Shown here: positions 8,388 to 19,586 of the stretch, piece after piece | Layout: the number at the start of each line of letters is the position of its first letter | Position numbering within the stretch: the first letter of the stretch is position 1 | NCBI GenBank assembly: GCA_963663805.2 | Contig: CAXXMR010000019.1 | Location: 128,001-192,000, forward strand | Length of the DNA stretch: 64,000 bases | Direction of reading: 5' to 3' | Source: Sedimentisphaerales bacterium | GTDB taxonomy: Bacteria; Planctomycetota; Phycisphaerae; Sedimentisphaerales; SM23-30 | Position numbers and translations under genes: made by a program | The notes under the pieces: model-generated | Database searches by the model: none | What the model saw: only the letters and a program-made list of their open reading frames with translations | What the model was told of the DNA's origin: nothing

Positions 8388-10522
8388 TCGGTGACATCAA
8401 CCATAATGTCTGAGTTGACATCCTGCTCGACATAACCCGGCAGTCCGGCAGAGTTCTTGCCCTCGCTGCAGGGGATACTCAAATTGAATTCCGAACCCTG
8501 GTTCAGCACACTATTCAGCCTTATCGAACCGCCCAGAAAATCTACCAGCTGCCGCGTAATCGCCAACCCCAAACCCGTCCCGCCAAAGCGACGTGTAGTG
8601 CTGGTGTCGGCCTGAGAAAACGGAGCGAAAATTTCTTCCTGTTTGTCGGTCGCGATTCCTATCCCGGAATCTGCCACTACAAACTCCAGCCAGGTATCAT
8701 CGTCATCTTCATAGAAATTTACGCTCAGCTTCACAAAGCCACGCTCGGTGAATTTGATTGCGTTATTAAGCAGATTAAGCAAACACTGGCGCAGCCTTAT
8801 CGGGTCGCTGTGAATGGTGCCGGGCAGGGCGGATTTATGAATCACCTTAAACTCCAACCCCTTATCCTCTGCCATTGGCTGCATCAACGTGACCACACTG
8901 TTTATTATTTCTCCGGGGCAAAATTCTATCATCTCGATTTTCATTTTTCCCGCTTCGATCTTGGAAATATCCAGAATGTCATTGATAATCGCCAAAAGAT
9001 TCTGGCCTGCCTCGCTTATCATCTCGACATATTTGAGTTGTGATTCATCCAGTTTTTCCTGACTCAGGACATGGCTGAAACCGAGTATCGCGTTCATGGG
9101 CGTACGGATTTCATGACTCATATTCGCCAGAAAATCGCTCTTGGCACGATTGGCATTCATCGCTTCCTGGGCCAGGAGATTAGCTTTTTCCACTGAAGCT
9201 GCCAGACTGCGATTCGTTTCTTCAATACGCTTATTAGCCTGAAGCAGACGTTCTTCGTTATGGTTACGCTGGTCAACCATTAGATTCGCCGATTCAGCCA
9301 GGTTATCGAAGTCGGTATAAGGCAGCTCAGTCGGGTCGATCTTGGCCGACTCCCGTGCCGCCCGATGGAAGAAATGGCTGAACATATTAATAGCTTTACA
9401 AATGCGATTGCTCATACTGAGAGCGGCGTATAATACAAAGAGCGTTATGCCGATAAATATCAGCACAATCTGAAATATACCCGCGTTGACTTGCTTTTCA
9501 AGCTCAACCCGCTTACCCGCAATCGCGGCCTCCAGAGCGTCAACATAAACCCCCGCACAAACCATCCAGCCCCACGCTTCAAAACCGCGGACAAATGACA
9601 GCTTCTGACTTACCGAGCTCAAATGTGGTCTTTGCCAGGCATACGTGATAAAACTCCCCGCCGGATTATTAACTGCCCGCCGCATTTCCTGAGTGATTTT
9701 TACGCCGTTGACATCCTCAAGGGCCCATAAGTTCTGGCCCACTAGTTCCGGCTGAGCGCCATGTGCCAAAAGCAGGCCTTCATAATTTGCCAGAAATATA
9801 TAACCTTCTTCGCCAAAATTAATTTCGGATACCCAATTCAAGATTTCTGTCTGGATGTCCGACTGAACATCGTCAACATATTCGCCTGTGCCCACAAACC
9901 AGTCGAATGGTTCAAAGTATTTCACAAACGCGATTTTCAGAAAATGCGCCCCGTGAGAGTTTGGTTTGGTCCAGCGATATTCATAAAAATCCTCACCCTT
10001 CGTTGTTACAATTTCTATCATGTCCTGGATTACAAGTTTACCTTCCGGGTCCTTCATGTTGATAAGGTTCTTGCCTTCCAGTTCCGGCTTGTCAGCGAAC
10101 AACTGTTCTACCCCGTCACTCCGCCCGGCGAAATAATATCCCCTTCCGTTATTGAAACGAATCGGGCGCAAGGCGTCTTTGACCATTTTTTCCATTTCCG
10201 CCCGGTCGTGACGACTATGATGTTCCTTATAGATATTCTCCGCAATTGCACAAGCCTCATAAACCCGCTGACGAATATTATCGCGTAAACGGCTTTCTGT
10301 CAGAGACTTCATATAGTCCATATAATCGATTACATTATTCACCTGTTCCTGAACCACGGCTTTTTGAGAATCGATATATTCTGACCGCATCTTTTCAGTC
10401 TCGCGGTCGAAACGCTCGTACTCAGAAGATATCCAGAAATACTGCACCAGCCCCAGCGCCAGCAGGCCCATGACAATCATGTTTAATAGCAAACTATTGC
10501 TGATACTGATTTTTTTTGCCAT
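8384..10522 (-). CDS. Membrane sensor histidine kinase with two Cache_2-type domains
   Basis: Two TM helices flanking repeated Cache motifs (GYYF...YRWTKP...K; GYIF...YAWQRP...K); FLANMSHEIRTPMN H-box; DSGIG and GGTGLGL HATPase boxes. Confidence 0.92.
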   Translation of the reverse strand: MAKKISISNSLLLNMIVMGLLALGLVQYFWISSEYERFDRETEKMRSEYIDSQKAVVQEQVNNVIDYMDYMKSLTESRLRDNIRQRVYEACAIAENIYKEHHSRHDRAEMEKMVKDALRPIRFNNGRGYYFAGRSDGVEQLFADKPELEGKNLINMKDPEGKLVIQDMIEIVTTKGEDFYEYRWTKPNSHGAHFLKIAFVKYFEPFDWFVGTGEYVDDVQSDIQTEILNWVSEINFGEEGYIFLANYEGLLLAHGAQPELVGQNLWALEDVNGVKITQEMRRAVNNPAGSFITYAWQRPHLSSVSQKLSFVRGFEAWGWMVCAGVYVDALEAAIAGKRVELEKQVNAGIFQIVLIFIGITLFVLYAALSMSNRICKAINMFSHFFHRAARESAKIDPTELPYTDFDNLAESANLMVDQRNHNEERLLQANKRIEETNRSLAASVEKANLLAQEAMNANRAKSDFLANMSHEIRTPMNAILGFSHVLSQEKLDESQLKYVEMISEAGQNLLAIINDILDISKIEAGKMKIEMIEFCPGEIINSVVTLMQPMAEDKGLEFKVIHKSALPGTIHSDPIRLRQCLLNLLNNAIKFTERGFVKLSVNFYEDDDDTWLEFVVADSGIGIATDKQEEIFAPFSQADTSTTRRFGGTGLGLAITRQLVDFLGGSIRLNSVLNQGSEFNLSIPCSEGKNSAGLPGYVEQDVNSDIMVDVTD

Positions 10523-10871
10523 TATTTTGTCTCAGCCGCGTCTAAAATCCAATTAACTGGAAATCCCATAACTCTCAATATCTATCGACCCTCAGGGCAC
10601 TTTGGTTAATCAATACTTGATAAACCCCTTATTTAACAATGTTAATAGTGTTAATAATCCCGCTGTTACTGATTATCGCACCTATCGTGCAAAGGAGTTT
10701 TCGGACCCTGATTCAAGAGCGAGATAATATGGATAACTAATTGACAGTAAAGCCAGTTAGGGACAAATCGCCTGAAAAATATCTATATATGATTATTTGC
10801 TGGTCCCCCAGCCTTCTCCGGCTTATACTCACGTGTTGATAGTTACATGGTTTCTTAACGAGGATACCGCT

Positions 10872-13800
10872 TTGCTCAGATACCTTTTAAAATCAAAATG
10901 TGGTCTTGTTCTGCTGCCGATAACCGTCATGATGCTCGCCTCCGGTTGTGGACCTTCTGACTCCCGCCGGCAATTTAGGCTGGCCCACCAGTTTGACCCT
11001 AATCTTACCGAAGACCAGATTCAGCGCATGTGCCTTCCCCTGACCGATGTTCGGCTTCAGGGGCCTAACGACCTGATAATGAACCCCCTGCCCCGGACCG
11101 AATGTGATGTTGAAGCGGGCAAAAAATATCTCAGCGGCCGCTGGCTCATGCGTCATAATGAAACCAAACCCGCGGTATTGACCCTCAAGGCCGCTCTGGA
11201 TAAAGACCCTGATAACGCTTTACTCTGGGAACTGCTGGCTCAGGGGTATTTTGGGGCTGGATATGAAAAAGGCGCGGTCGAAGCCGCCCGCCGGGCGATA
11301 GAACTGGACCAGTATCGCATGACCGCGTTTCAGGTACTGGGTAGTGTCAAGGCTGGCGCGGGAGATTTTCAGGCCGCCGCGTTTTACTTTCAGCAGGCCC
11401 TGAACTGTCCGCAGGCAACTACTGATAATCCTGTAACGCCGGTCATCAATCTCCAGTTTGCTCAGGCGCTCACCAAACTTGGCTACCTCAAGGCCGCGGT
11501 GGAACAATATCACCTGACCCATCAGGGACTGCTCGAACAATTACAGTATGGCCAGACTAACCCTCTCTCATCCCAACTGGTCTCCCAGGCTCACCGGCCG
11601 GTATTGATGCAGGCGGACCTGCTTATCTGTCTGGGCCAAATGGACCAGGCTGTCAAAACACTCGAAAAAGCTCAGGAAGAACTTCAGACCAACACCGACC
11701 TGGTCAATGTCCTGCTCATGGTTATCGCTTCGGGCGAACGTCCTCTTGAGGTCCGTACCCGACAGGTCGAAACCTTTGCTGAATATCTGCTCGACCAGGA
11801 CAGGCAGGCTGAAGATGTTATCGAATATTGCTATCAGGCTTACCGAGCCTTGCAGAAAACCCGACAATTTTTCGTTCTTATCGATAAATGGACCGGCAAA
11901 CTGATAACCGTTCGCCAGGCTGCCTTTGCTCTGTCAATCAGCGAGCGAGTCGATGATGCCCAAACCATTCTCCAAAGCCTTGTCGATACCGGCAGCGAGG
12001 ACCCGCTCGTCTTCCGCGATCTGGCCCGCATCTACGCCCACAAAAAAGATTCCCGTCCCATGATTCTTGCCTACGGGGAATATATCAGCCGTGCCCCCGA
12101 CAGCAATACTCAAGCTGTAATTGATACCGTACTGCGAATATGCAAAGATATTGAATCGCTAAGTGAAAAAATTCCCGATTGGGCTGATGATTTCCTGAAC
12201 AACACAAATTATGCCCAATGCTTTCTGCTGGCCCAGGTCGCCGACCAGAAAGAAATGCCCGACTTCGCTGAGAATCTGCTCCGAAGCTGTCTGAAAAAAA
12301 ATCCCGAGTTCGCACCCGCCCGCAAAGAGCTTGTCGAACTCCTGCTCCGCCGCCAAAGCTACCAGCAGGTTCTGAACTGGATAAAGGGTAACGGTTCCGA
12401 AACCGACCCCGAAATGCTCTGGTATGCCGGACATGCCTATGCCGGACTGGAAGATTTGACCAAGGCTGCTCAGACTTATCGCAAAGTCATCTCGCTTCAG
12501 CAGGATGAAGTCCGGGCCTATCTTGCTCTGGGCGAAATACTCGCCCGCCAGAGTAATTTCGCCGATGCCGAAGATATTCTCATCCGCGCTTCAGCCAACT
12601 GGCCCAACGAAGACCAGGGCTACGCCCAGCTAACTCAGCTTTACGCCCGCTGGGCGGCACAGGATGGTTTGGATGAGTCCTTTGCCGAAACCATCAGCCA
12701 GAGGGCCTGGGAGATGTACCGCCGCTGGTTTGAAGATGCCACTGAAGACCAGTTCAACCAACGCCGACTCGAAGCCCTGTCCGCTTTTGAAAAGCTCGCT
12801 CAGGAATATCCCCGCGGCAAAGTCATCAATATTATCCTCAGTCAGTTTTACGCCGCCCTTAATCGTAATGATGATGCCCTCGCCGTCATTGAAAAACTCG
12901 CCGAACATTACCCCGAAGAGCGACAGGTTCTCAGTGTGGCTGCCCGGCTCAATACCCGTGCTGACAATTTCACCCGCGCCGCCGAACTCCGCCGCCAAAG
13001 CTGGGAAACCGACCCCAACGATACCATCGGATTAGCTGTTACATTACGAGCTTACCAAAAGGCCGAGAACACCGATACCGCCTATCAAATTCTCGACGAT
13101 TTTCTCCAGAATCACAAATATAACTGGAAGGACATTGGCCGAATCCAAAACCAGACTCGCTGGATTTTCATGGTCAACCGTCAGTATGAAACTGCCGTGG
13201 ATTTGTTTGGCTCCTGGCTCTGGAAAATCTCTGATACCGCGGCTGATACCGAAAAAGACCAGAAACTCCTCGATAATGTCCGCCGGGCACTCTACGAAAA
13301 TCTTGTCTGGTCACTAACCCAGTCCCGCCAGTTCAAACGTGCTGCGATTTACACTATCGACTGGTTCAACCGCTATAAACCCGAAGAAGCAGCCCTGGCC
13401 CACTGGCTCATCAACAGCATAAACATCTGGCAGCACCACGACCTCAGCCTAAATCTTATCGACCAGTTACTCATCCTCGACCCGCAGAGAATCAGCTTCA
13501 CCGTTGAAAAATTTATCACTCTCATTGACGCCGACCGCACCGATGAAGGCCTCGAGCTTGCCCAAAAATGGGTCGATGAGGAACCCGAAGACCTGCGCCG
13601 TCAGCAAGCCTATGTTTTACTGCTGCGCGGCGCGGATAAATTTGCCCCGGCCGCTCAATATCTAAGACAACTGTTCCAGATAAACCCCGGCAATGAAAGT
13701 ATCCGAATGCAGCTGGCTGAAATGCTCCTGCTGGCCGAAGATTACCCTGCTGCCCAGGAAGTACTCGATAAGTGGAACCCCACTGAGCAATTCGGCGGCA

Positions 13801-14528
13801 TGAAAATTGACGCCCTCATTCGGTTGGCCACCGCCCGCGGTGACTGCTCCGCCGCCGTGGCCCTGCTCGACAAAATGCTCGGCAAACTCGACAGCGAAAT
13901 CATCAATGAATGGCGTGAACAGCTCTGGTTCAATTGTGGCCAAGTCAATCAGGCACTCGAACTCCGCCTGGAAAAATTCCAGAGCCATACCGAACCGGAA
14001 GACCAGAAAAATGACCTGCTCCGACTTAGCGTTTACTATGAAAAACTCGGCCAAATCGACAAATCCATCGAATCCCTGGAAAAACTTCTGGCTTTCGATG
14101 AAAACGACCCCGGCGTCATGAACAATCTGGGCTATACCCTCACCGTCGCAGGCCAACAAACCGACCGGGCCCAGGAGTTGCTCGAACGCTCACTCCGACT
14201 CGACCCCGAATCCGGGCCGACACTTGATAGTCTCGGCTGGTTACGGTATAAATGTGGTGATTTTGAACAGGCCCTGGTTTATATTCGCCAGGCCGCCGCC
14301 CGACTGGGGTCGGTCGATGCCGAAATACTCGACCATCTCGGCGACGTGCTGTACCGCCTGGGACAGGTTCCGCAGGCCCAAAAATGCTACCAGAGGGCCC
14401 GGCAGGATCTGATTACCAGAACCAAAACCGAAAAATACCTCGGCGAAGACCTGGACAGAATCGAGAGAAAATTGACACAACTAGAACAAAATCAAGAAGT
14501 TACCACTGCGGAACTTTTTGCGAAGTGA
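10872..14528 (+). CDS. Large TPR-repeat protein, probable lipoprotein
   Basis: Many TPR-like helices (e.g. NNLGYTL...TLDSLGW...HLGDVL); lipobox-like LASGC; start placed at TTG 10872 after GAGGA. Confidence 0.8.
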   Translation: MLRYLLKSKCGLVLLPITVMMLASGCGPSDSRRQFRLAHQFDPNLTEDQIQRMCLPLTDVRLQGPNDLIMNPLPRTECDVEAGKKYLSGRWLMRHNETKPAVLTLKAALDKDPDNALLWELLAQGYFGAGYEKGAVEAARRAIELDQYRMTAFQVLGSVKAGAGDFQAAAFYFQQALNCPQATTDNPVTPVINLQFAQALTKLGYLKAAVEQYHLTHQGLLEQLQYGQTNPLSSQLVSQAHRPVLMQADLLICLGQMDQAVKTLEKAQEELQTNTDLVNVLLMVIASGERPLEVRTRQVETFAEYLLDQDRQAEDVIEYCYQAYRALQKTRQFFVLIDKWTGKLITVRQAAFALSISERVDDAQTILQSLVDTGSEDPLVFRDLARIYAHKKDSRPMILAYGEYISRAPDSNTQAVIDTVLRICKDIESLSEKIPDWADDFLNNTNYAQCFLLAQVADQKEMPDFAENLLRSCLKKNPEFAPARKELVELLLRRQSYQQVLNWIKGNGSETDPEMLWYAGHAYAGLEDLTKAAQTYRKVISLQQDEVRAYLALGEILARQSNFADAEDILIRASANWPNEDQGYAQLTQLYARWAAQDGLDESFAETISQRAWEMYRRWFEDATEDQFNQRRLEALSAFEKLAQEYPRGKVINIILSQFYAALNRNDDALAVIEKLAEHYPEERQVLSVAARLNTRADNFTRAAELRRQSWETDPNDTIGLAVTLRAYQKAENTDTAYQILDDFLQNHKYNWKDIGRIQNQTRWIFMVNRQYETAVDLFGSWLWKISDTAADTEKDQKLLDNVRRALYENLVWSLTQSRQFKRAAIYTIDWFNRYKPEEAALAHWLINSINIWQHHDLSLNLIDQLLILDPQRISFTVEKFITLIDADRTDEGLELAQKWVDEEPEDLRRQQAYVLLLRGADKFAPAAQYLRQLFQINPGNESIRMQLAEMLLLAEDYPAAQEVLDKWNPTEQFGGMKIDALIRLATARGDCSAAVALLDKMLGKLDSEIINEWREQLWFNCGQVNQALELRLEKFQSHTEPEDQKNDLLRLSVYYEKLGQIDKSIESLEKLLAFDENDPGVMNNLGYTLTVAGQQTDRAQELLERSLRLDPESGPTLDSLGWLRYKCGDFEQALVYIRQAAARLGSVDAEILDHLGDVLYRLGQVPQAQKCYQRARQDLITRTKTEKYLGEDLDRIERKLTQLEQNQEVTTAELFAK

Positions 14529-14545
14529 AACTTTTGGAGTAATAT

Positions 14546-15295
14546 ATGGCAGGACATTCCCATTGGGCCGGCATTAAGCACAAAAAAGCCGCCATCGACA
14601 AAAAACGTGGCAAACTCTGGTCGAAACTTGCTCGCAATATCATTATGGCAGCTAAAGACGGAGGCGGCGACCCCGCGGCCAATCTGTCGCTCCGATACGC
14701 CATCGACAAGGGCAAAGAGGCCAATATGCCCAAGGACACCATCGAAAAAGCCATCAAACGCGGTACCGGCGAGCTGGATGGTGCCAATTATGAGGAAGTT
14801 CTCTACGAAGGCTATGGCACTAACGGCATCGCTATCATGTGCGAAGTACTGACCGACAACCGCAACCGAACCGCCTCCGAACTACGCAAAATTTTCGATT
14901 CCCGCGGCGGGGCACTCGGTGCCACCGGATGTGTTGCCTGGATTTTCACCAAAAAAGGTCTGTTTACCGTCAAGGCCGACACTACCACCGAAGATGCCCT
15001 TATGGAAATCGCCCTCGAAGCCGGTGCCGAAGATGTTCAGGAAGCCGGAGATATGTTTGAAATCACCTGTAGTGCCGAAGCCTTCACCGCCGTCCGCGAA
15101 GCACTCGAAGCTCAGGGCGTTAAAACTGAAGTCGCTGAACTCTCCCAGATCCCTTCCAACACCATCCAGGTTGAAGATGAAGAAGCCGCCCGAAAAGTAC
15201 TGGCACTCATGGAAGCTATCGAAGACCAGGACGACGTACAGGAAGTCTACGCCAATTTCGACATCCCCGATGAAGTTGCCGCTAAACTGGAATAA
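14546..15295 (+). CDS. yebC: YebC/PmpR family protein
   Basis: MAGHSHWAGIKHKK, YEGYG, TDNRNRT, DDVQEVYAN signature motifs. Confidence 0.95.
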   Translation: MAGHSHWAGIKHKKAAIDKKRGKLWSKLARNIIMAAKDGGGDPAANLSLRYAIDKGKEANMPKDTIEKAIKRGTGELDGANYEEVLYEGYGTNGIAIMCEVLTDNRNRTASELRKIFDSRGGALGATGCVAWIFTKKGLFTVKADTTTEDALMEIALEAGAEDVQEAGDMFEITCSAEAFTAVREALEAQGVKTEVAELSQIPSNTIQVEDEEAARKVLALMEAIEDQDDVQEVYANFDIPDEVAAKLE

Positions 15296-15394
15296 CGAAA
15301 GACCCTCACGGTAAATTTGGGGTGGCAGCTTCTTGCCTGGCAAGGGGCGGGCCTTGATTTTAATAAAAACCGGATGCGAAAGGACCGGACATTC

Positions 15395-15769
15395 ATGGAA
15401 GAATTCCGACACTTCAGCCTCGTCAGACCTGAATACCTTAACCATTACGGTTGTGTGTTTGGCGGACACCTGCTCCAGATTATCGACGAAATCGCTTTTA
15501 TCACTTGTACCCGAACCTTCCCCGGCCATAACTTCGTCACTCGTGCCCTCCAGAACGTCGAGTTTCACGCACCGGGTCATCTCGGCGACATCCTCGAAAC
15601 CGTCTCGACCGTCGAATCAGTCGGCAATACCAGTTGTCGTGTCCGTGTGCAGACCTATTTCTGCGATTCGTCCAGCCAGAAAAGACAGATGAGTTTTGAC
15701 GGCACTGTCGTTATGGTAAACATCGACCAGACCGGAACGGCCGCACCTATCAAACACTCAAAAGAATAG
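15395..15769 (+). CDS. Acyl-CoA thioesterase (hotdog fold)
   Basis: LVRPEYLNHYGCVFGGHLLQIIDE motif; AAAGGA upstream of ATG 15395. Confidence 0.85.
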   Translation: MEEFRHFSLVRPEYLNHYGCVFGGHLLQIIDEIAFITCTRTFPGHNFVTRALQNVEFHAPGHLGDILETVSTVESVGNTSCRVRVQTYFCDSSSQKRQMSFDGTVVMVNIDQTGTAAPIKHSKE

Positions 15770-15779
15770 TCAGAATGTC

Positions 15780-16583
15780 ATGATTAAAACCTGCTCTCTC
15801 CAAAGCGGCTCCAACGGAAACTGCATTTACGTCGAAACCCCCGACACCAAACTGCTCTTCGATGCCGGCATTAGCGGCAAAATCGCCCAGCAACGACTCG
15901 CCGAACACGATCGCAACATCAACGACATTGATGCCCTAATCATCAGCCACGACCACAGCGACCATACCAAAGCCGCCGGAGTTTTCCACCGCAAATTCAA
16001 ACTGCCTATCCACATCACCCCCGGCTCCTGGAATCATTGCCGCGGTAGACAGGGCCAGGTCAAACGCGTACATTTTTTCCACCCCGGTGCCGACATAACC
16101 TTCAACGCCACCACCGTAAAAACCATTCCTACCGCCCACGACGGAAAAGATGGAGTCGCCTTCGTCATTCAGTATGAAAACACCCAACTCGGCATCTTCA
16201 CCGACCTGGGCCATCCCTTCGACGGGCTCGGCGAACACATCGCCCAACTAGATGCACTCTACCTTGAATTCAACTACGACCCCCAAATGCTTGAAAACGG
16301 CGATTACCCCCTCTGGCTCAAAAGACGTATTAGCGGCAGCGGCGGCCATCTTTCCAATGCCGAAGCCGCCCAGCTCATCCGCCAAAACGCACCCGAACTA
16401 AAAACCTTGATTCTTTCTCACCTCAGCGAACATAATAACCACCCTGATCTTGCTCTTAAAAGTGCTCGCCAGGCCCTGGGCTATTCACTCGATATTCAGC
16501 TCGCCCCTCGATATAACGTCAGCAAACTTTTTGACCTTGCCCCGACCCAATTAAATGTCCCTAATATGGCCGCCGTGGTCTAG
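15780..16583 (+). CDS. MBL-fold metallo-hydrolase (YycJ/WalJ-like)
   Basis: LQSGSNGN, SHDHSDH, AHD, TDLG, GHLSN, HLSEHNN. Confidence 0.9.
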   Translation: MIKTCSLQSGSNGNCIYVETPDTKLLFDAGISGKIAQQRLAEHDRNINDIDALIISHDHSDHTKAAGVFHRKFKLPIHITPGSWNHCRGRQGQVKRVHFFHPGADITFNATTVKTIPTAHDGKDGVAFVIQYENTQLGIFTDLGHPFDGLGEHIAQLDALYLEFNYDPQMLENGDYPLWLKRRISGSGGHLSNAEAAQLIRQNAPELKTLILSHLSEHNNHPDLALKSARQALGYSLDIQLAPRYNVSKLFDLAPTQLNVPNMAAVV

Positions 16584-16622
16584 CGTTTCTTCCGCTCCGA
16601 ATTTGTCGCAAAGGATTTCACC

Positions 16623-18593
16623 TTGTCACTGGTAACTTTCAAAAATCTCACCAAAGACTACCCCAGCCAGTCTGTTCTCAAAGACATTAACTGTGACATC
16701 AACCCTGGCCAGAAAATCGGGCTCATCGGCCCTAACGGCTGCGGCAAAACAACGCTCCTGCGTATTCTCACCGGCAGTGAAACACCCACCACCGGAACCG
16801 TAACTATCGGTCCCGATGTTCGCATCGGCTATGTCCCCCAGCATGTCGAATTCGCCGAACACGAAACCGTCTGGGACTTTATCATCGAAGATCATCGCCG
16901 CCGCACCGACCAGCTTAGATGTATGGAACAAGCCGTCGCCGATGCCGCCGAACACGAAATGGACAAACTTCTGGCCCGCTACCAGCAGGCCCGTGACGAA
17001 TACGACCATCTGGCCGGTGACCATTTCGAGCCACGCGCCCGGGCCATGGTAGATGCCCTCGGACTGGCCGGTCGACTCGAACAGCAGGTATGTCAGCTTT
17101 CCGGCGGTGAACAAAACGTGCTCGCCATGACCCAGGCCCTGCTCGCTGAACCAAATCTGCTCATCCTTGATGAGCCCGGCAACCACCTCGACTATCTCGG
17201 CCTGGCCTGGCTTGAGGAGTTCCTCAGTAAATTTCGCCACGCCGTGCTAATAGTTTCCCACAATCGTTATCTGCTTGACCGCGTAACCGACCACATCTTC
17301 GAAATCGACAAAGGTGCCATCAGCGTCTATCCCGGCAATTATTCTGACTATTGCAAAATCCGCGACGAAAAAATCCAGGCCCAGCAGTCTCAATACGAAC
17401 AGGACCAGAAACAAATCGCCCACCTGACCGCACTCGTCCAGAAATTCGCCGACATCGCTCAGGGGCACGCCTCCGACCAGAGCTGGGGCAAAAGACTCCG
17501 GGCCCGCCGCAGTTCCCTGGAACGGGCCCGTGCCAACGCCACTGAAAAACCTGATGCGCAGCGTCGTGAAGTTGCTGCCTCATTCCAGGCTGAAAAAACT
17601 CGAGCTGATCTCGCCCTGCGTATCACCAACTATAGCAAATCGTTCGATAAACTTGAACTGTTCAAAAATCTTAACTGGGACATCAACGGCTCCGACCGCT
17701 GGGCCCTCATTGGTCCCAACGGTTCCGGCAAGACCACGCTCCTCAAAGACATCGTTCGGCACGGCTCCTGGCAAAGCCAGACCATCCGCCTCGGTCCCAG
17801 TTTCACCCTCGGCTATTGCGCCCAGCAGCAGGAGTCGCTCGATTCCGACAATACCGTCTACGAAGAACTGCTCGATATTCCCGGCACCACCAATAATTCC
17901 GTACTCAGCATCCTGGCCCGTTTCTTATTCCGGGACGAAGAAGTTCACAAACGCATCCGCGACCTTTCCGGCGGCGAAAGAAACCGACTCCAGCTGGCCA
18001 AGCTAATGCTCGAAAAACCCAACTTCCTCATTCTTGACGAGCCCACGAACCATCTTGATATTGCCACTCGCGAAGCCGTAGAAAAAGCCCTCAAAGATTT
18101 CCCCGGTACTATCCTCGTTATTTCCCACGACCGTTACTTTCTTGACAAGATAGTTGATCATGTTGCTGAGGTGAGCGAAAAAACTCTGCGTTTCTATAGC
18201 GGCAACTTTACCACTTTCTGGCAGTCTCGTCTCCAGAATCGCGAAATCTCAACAGAACACGTTACCGGCCGAATCGTCAGTCGGGCCCGCGATCGGGCCG
18301 CGGATAAAAAGCAAAAAGAAAACTCCGGCGGACAAGCCTGGAAAGACCGCAAGGCCCAGGCCGCGCAATTACGCAAAGCCCAGCGCCAGGTGGAAATCAT
18401 CGAAGATAAAATCACCGAGGCCGAAGAACAAAAAATCGAACTCGAACAGAAAATCGCTCACGCCTATACCCAGGGTGACAACGACCTGGGCCAGACGCTC
18501 TCTCGAAAACTCGAAACCACTCTCAAAAATATCACCAGCCTCTACGAACAATGGGAAATCGCCCATCAGGAACTGGAAAACCTAAACTCCTGA
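16623..18593 (+). CDS. ABC-F family ATP-binding protein
   Basis: Two ABC cassettes (GPNGCGKT/LSGGE/LDEP; GPNGSGKT/LSGGE/LDEPTNHLD), no TM segments, C-terminal coiled coil. Confidence 0.92.
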   Translation: MSLVTFKNLTKDYPSQSVLKDINCDINPGQKIGLIGPNGCGKTTLLRILTGSETPTTGTVTIGPDVRIGYVPQHVEFAEHETVWDFIIEDHRRRTDQLRCMEQAVADAAEHEMDKLLARYQQARDEYDHLAGDHFEPRARAMVDALGLAGRLEQQVCQLSGGEQNVLAMTQALLAEPNLLILDEPGNHLDYLGLAWLEEFLSKFRHAVLIVSHNRYLLDRVTDHIFEIDKGAISVYPGNYSDYCKIRDEKIQAQQSQYEQDQKQIAHLTALVQKFADIAQGHASDQSWGKRLRARRSSLERARANATEKPDAQRREVAASFQAEKTRADLALRITNYSKSFDKLELFKNLNWDINGSDRWALIGPNGSGKTTLLKDIVRHGSWQSQTIRLGPSFTLGYCAQQQESLDSDNTVYEELLDIPGTTNNSVLSILARFLFRDEEVHKRIRDLSGGERNRLQLAKLMLEKPNFLILDEPTNHLDIATREAVEKALKDFPGTILVISHDRYFLDKIVDHVAEVSEKTLRFYSGNFTTFWQSRLQNREISTEHVTGRIVSRARDRAADKKQKENSGGQAWKDRKAQAAQLRKAQRQVEIIEDKITEAEEQKIELEQKIAHAYTQGDNDLGQTLSRKLETTLKNITSLYEQWEIAHQELENLNS

Positions 18594-18696
18594 ACCGAAA
18601 TGAAACCGCAGATACGAAGATTAACGCGGATTTTTCATCTGAGCTATCAGCGATTAAAAAAACGTAACGCACATCTGCTCTGAAACCCGGTCAGTA

Positions 18697-19029
18697 TCAA
18701 TGCGTATATTCTAAAATCTTAATATCGGGCCCCACTTTTTTGATAATAGCGTCCCGCATATTGGCATAATGTGGGCAGGGATAGCCGATGGGGTTTCCTT
18801 TTGAAATACACGAAGCAAAAACGATAATTTCTGCTCCTCTGTCAACCATCATTTTTGCTCGGACTATCGCTCTTTTGCCCGGACAGCCGCCACAGGAGAC
18901 AAAGCCGACAACTTCGACCGGCCCTGTTGTTTCAAATGCGAGCTTGCCTTCTTTGGCAACCTTAAAATCGGTATTACCGGGACACATATCCTCGGTTTGC
19001 TGACAACGAATAATTCCAACTTTTTTCAT
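18697..19029 (-). CDS. CGGC domain protein
   Basis: KVGIIRC...CPG, SCGGCPG, PCP, terminal YTH; AGGAG RBS. Confidence 0.88.
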   Translation of the reverse strand: MKKVGIIRCQQTEDMCPGNTDFKVAKEGKLAFETTGPVEVVGFVSCGGCPGKRAIVRAKMMVDRGAEIIVFASCISKGNPIGYPCPHYANMRDAIIKKVGPDIKILEYTH

Positions 19030-19586
19030 CTATCATTCTCCTGACCGACTCAAACTCTCGAAACCCAAATCCTGACGCAGAATCGAGTATGAGGATAAGT
19101 ATGGTAAAAAAACGAGGATTGACAAGAAAATATTTCCCAGGTCGTTTTTCTGAACTGGCAACCAAACCCAAACCGCTCAGCAAATTAAATACCAGCCTGA
19201 TACGACACTGGCTGGCCTCCAGACTGGCGATGTATTTTTTAGCCGACCAGACCACGCGGCTCCGGGGGGAAAAATCCGAAGACCACTCTGGAACAGGTCG
19301 CCGATGCGGCCAATATGCTGGCCTGGAAGCTATGGAAGTTGTATCCCATTCCTGGAAATACAAAGTGTATGTGTGTCAATACCATCAGGAATGTAATCAA
19401 ACCTCCTATGCCAGCCGAAGAAAAACGGCGAAAGCGAAAAGTGTCGAATTCTTATAGCGCTGTCACACTAAAGTTATACTCTCACGCCTGCCCATAACGA
19501 AAAGATAACAGAACTGCCAGAAATATCAATTAAAAAATGTACCTGACAACCTCTTATGTAACATAATTCGTCCCGGAGCATCTCCT

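Noticed and set aside
19089..19457. 122-aa plus ORF and 129-aa minus ORF between CGGC and GH127
   Set aside because: No motifs or RBS; they overlap the likely CGGC promoter region
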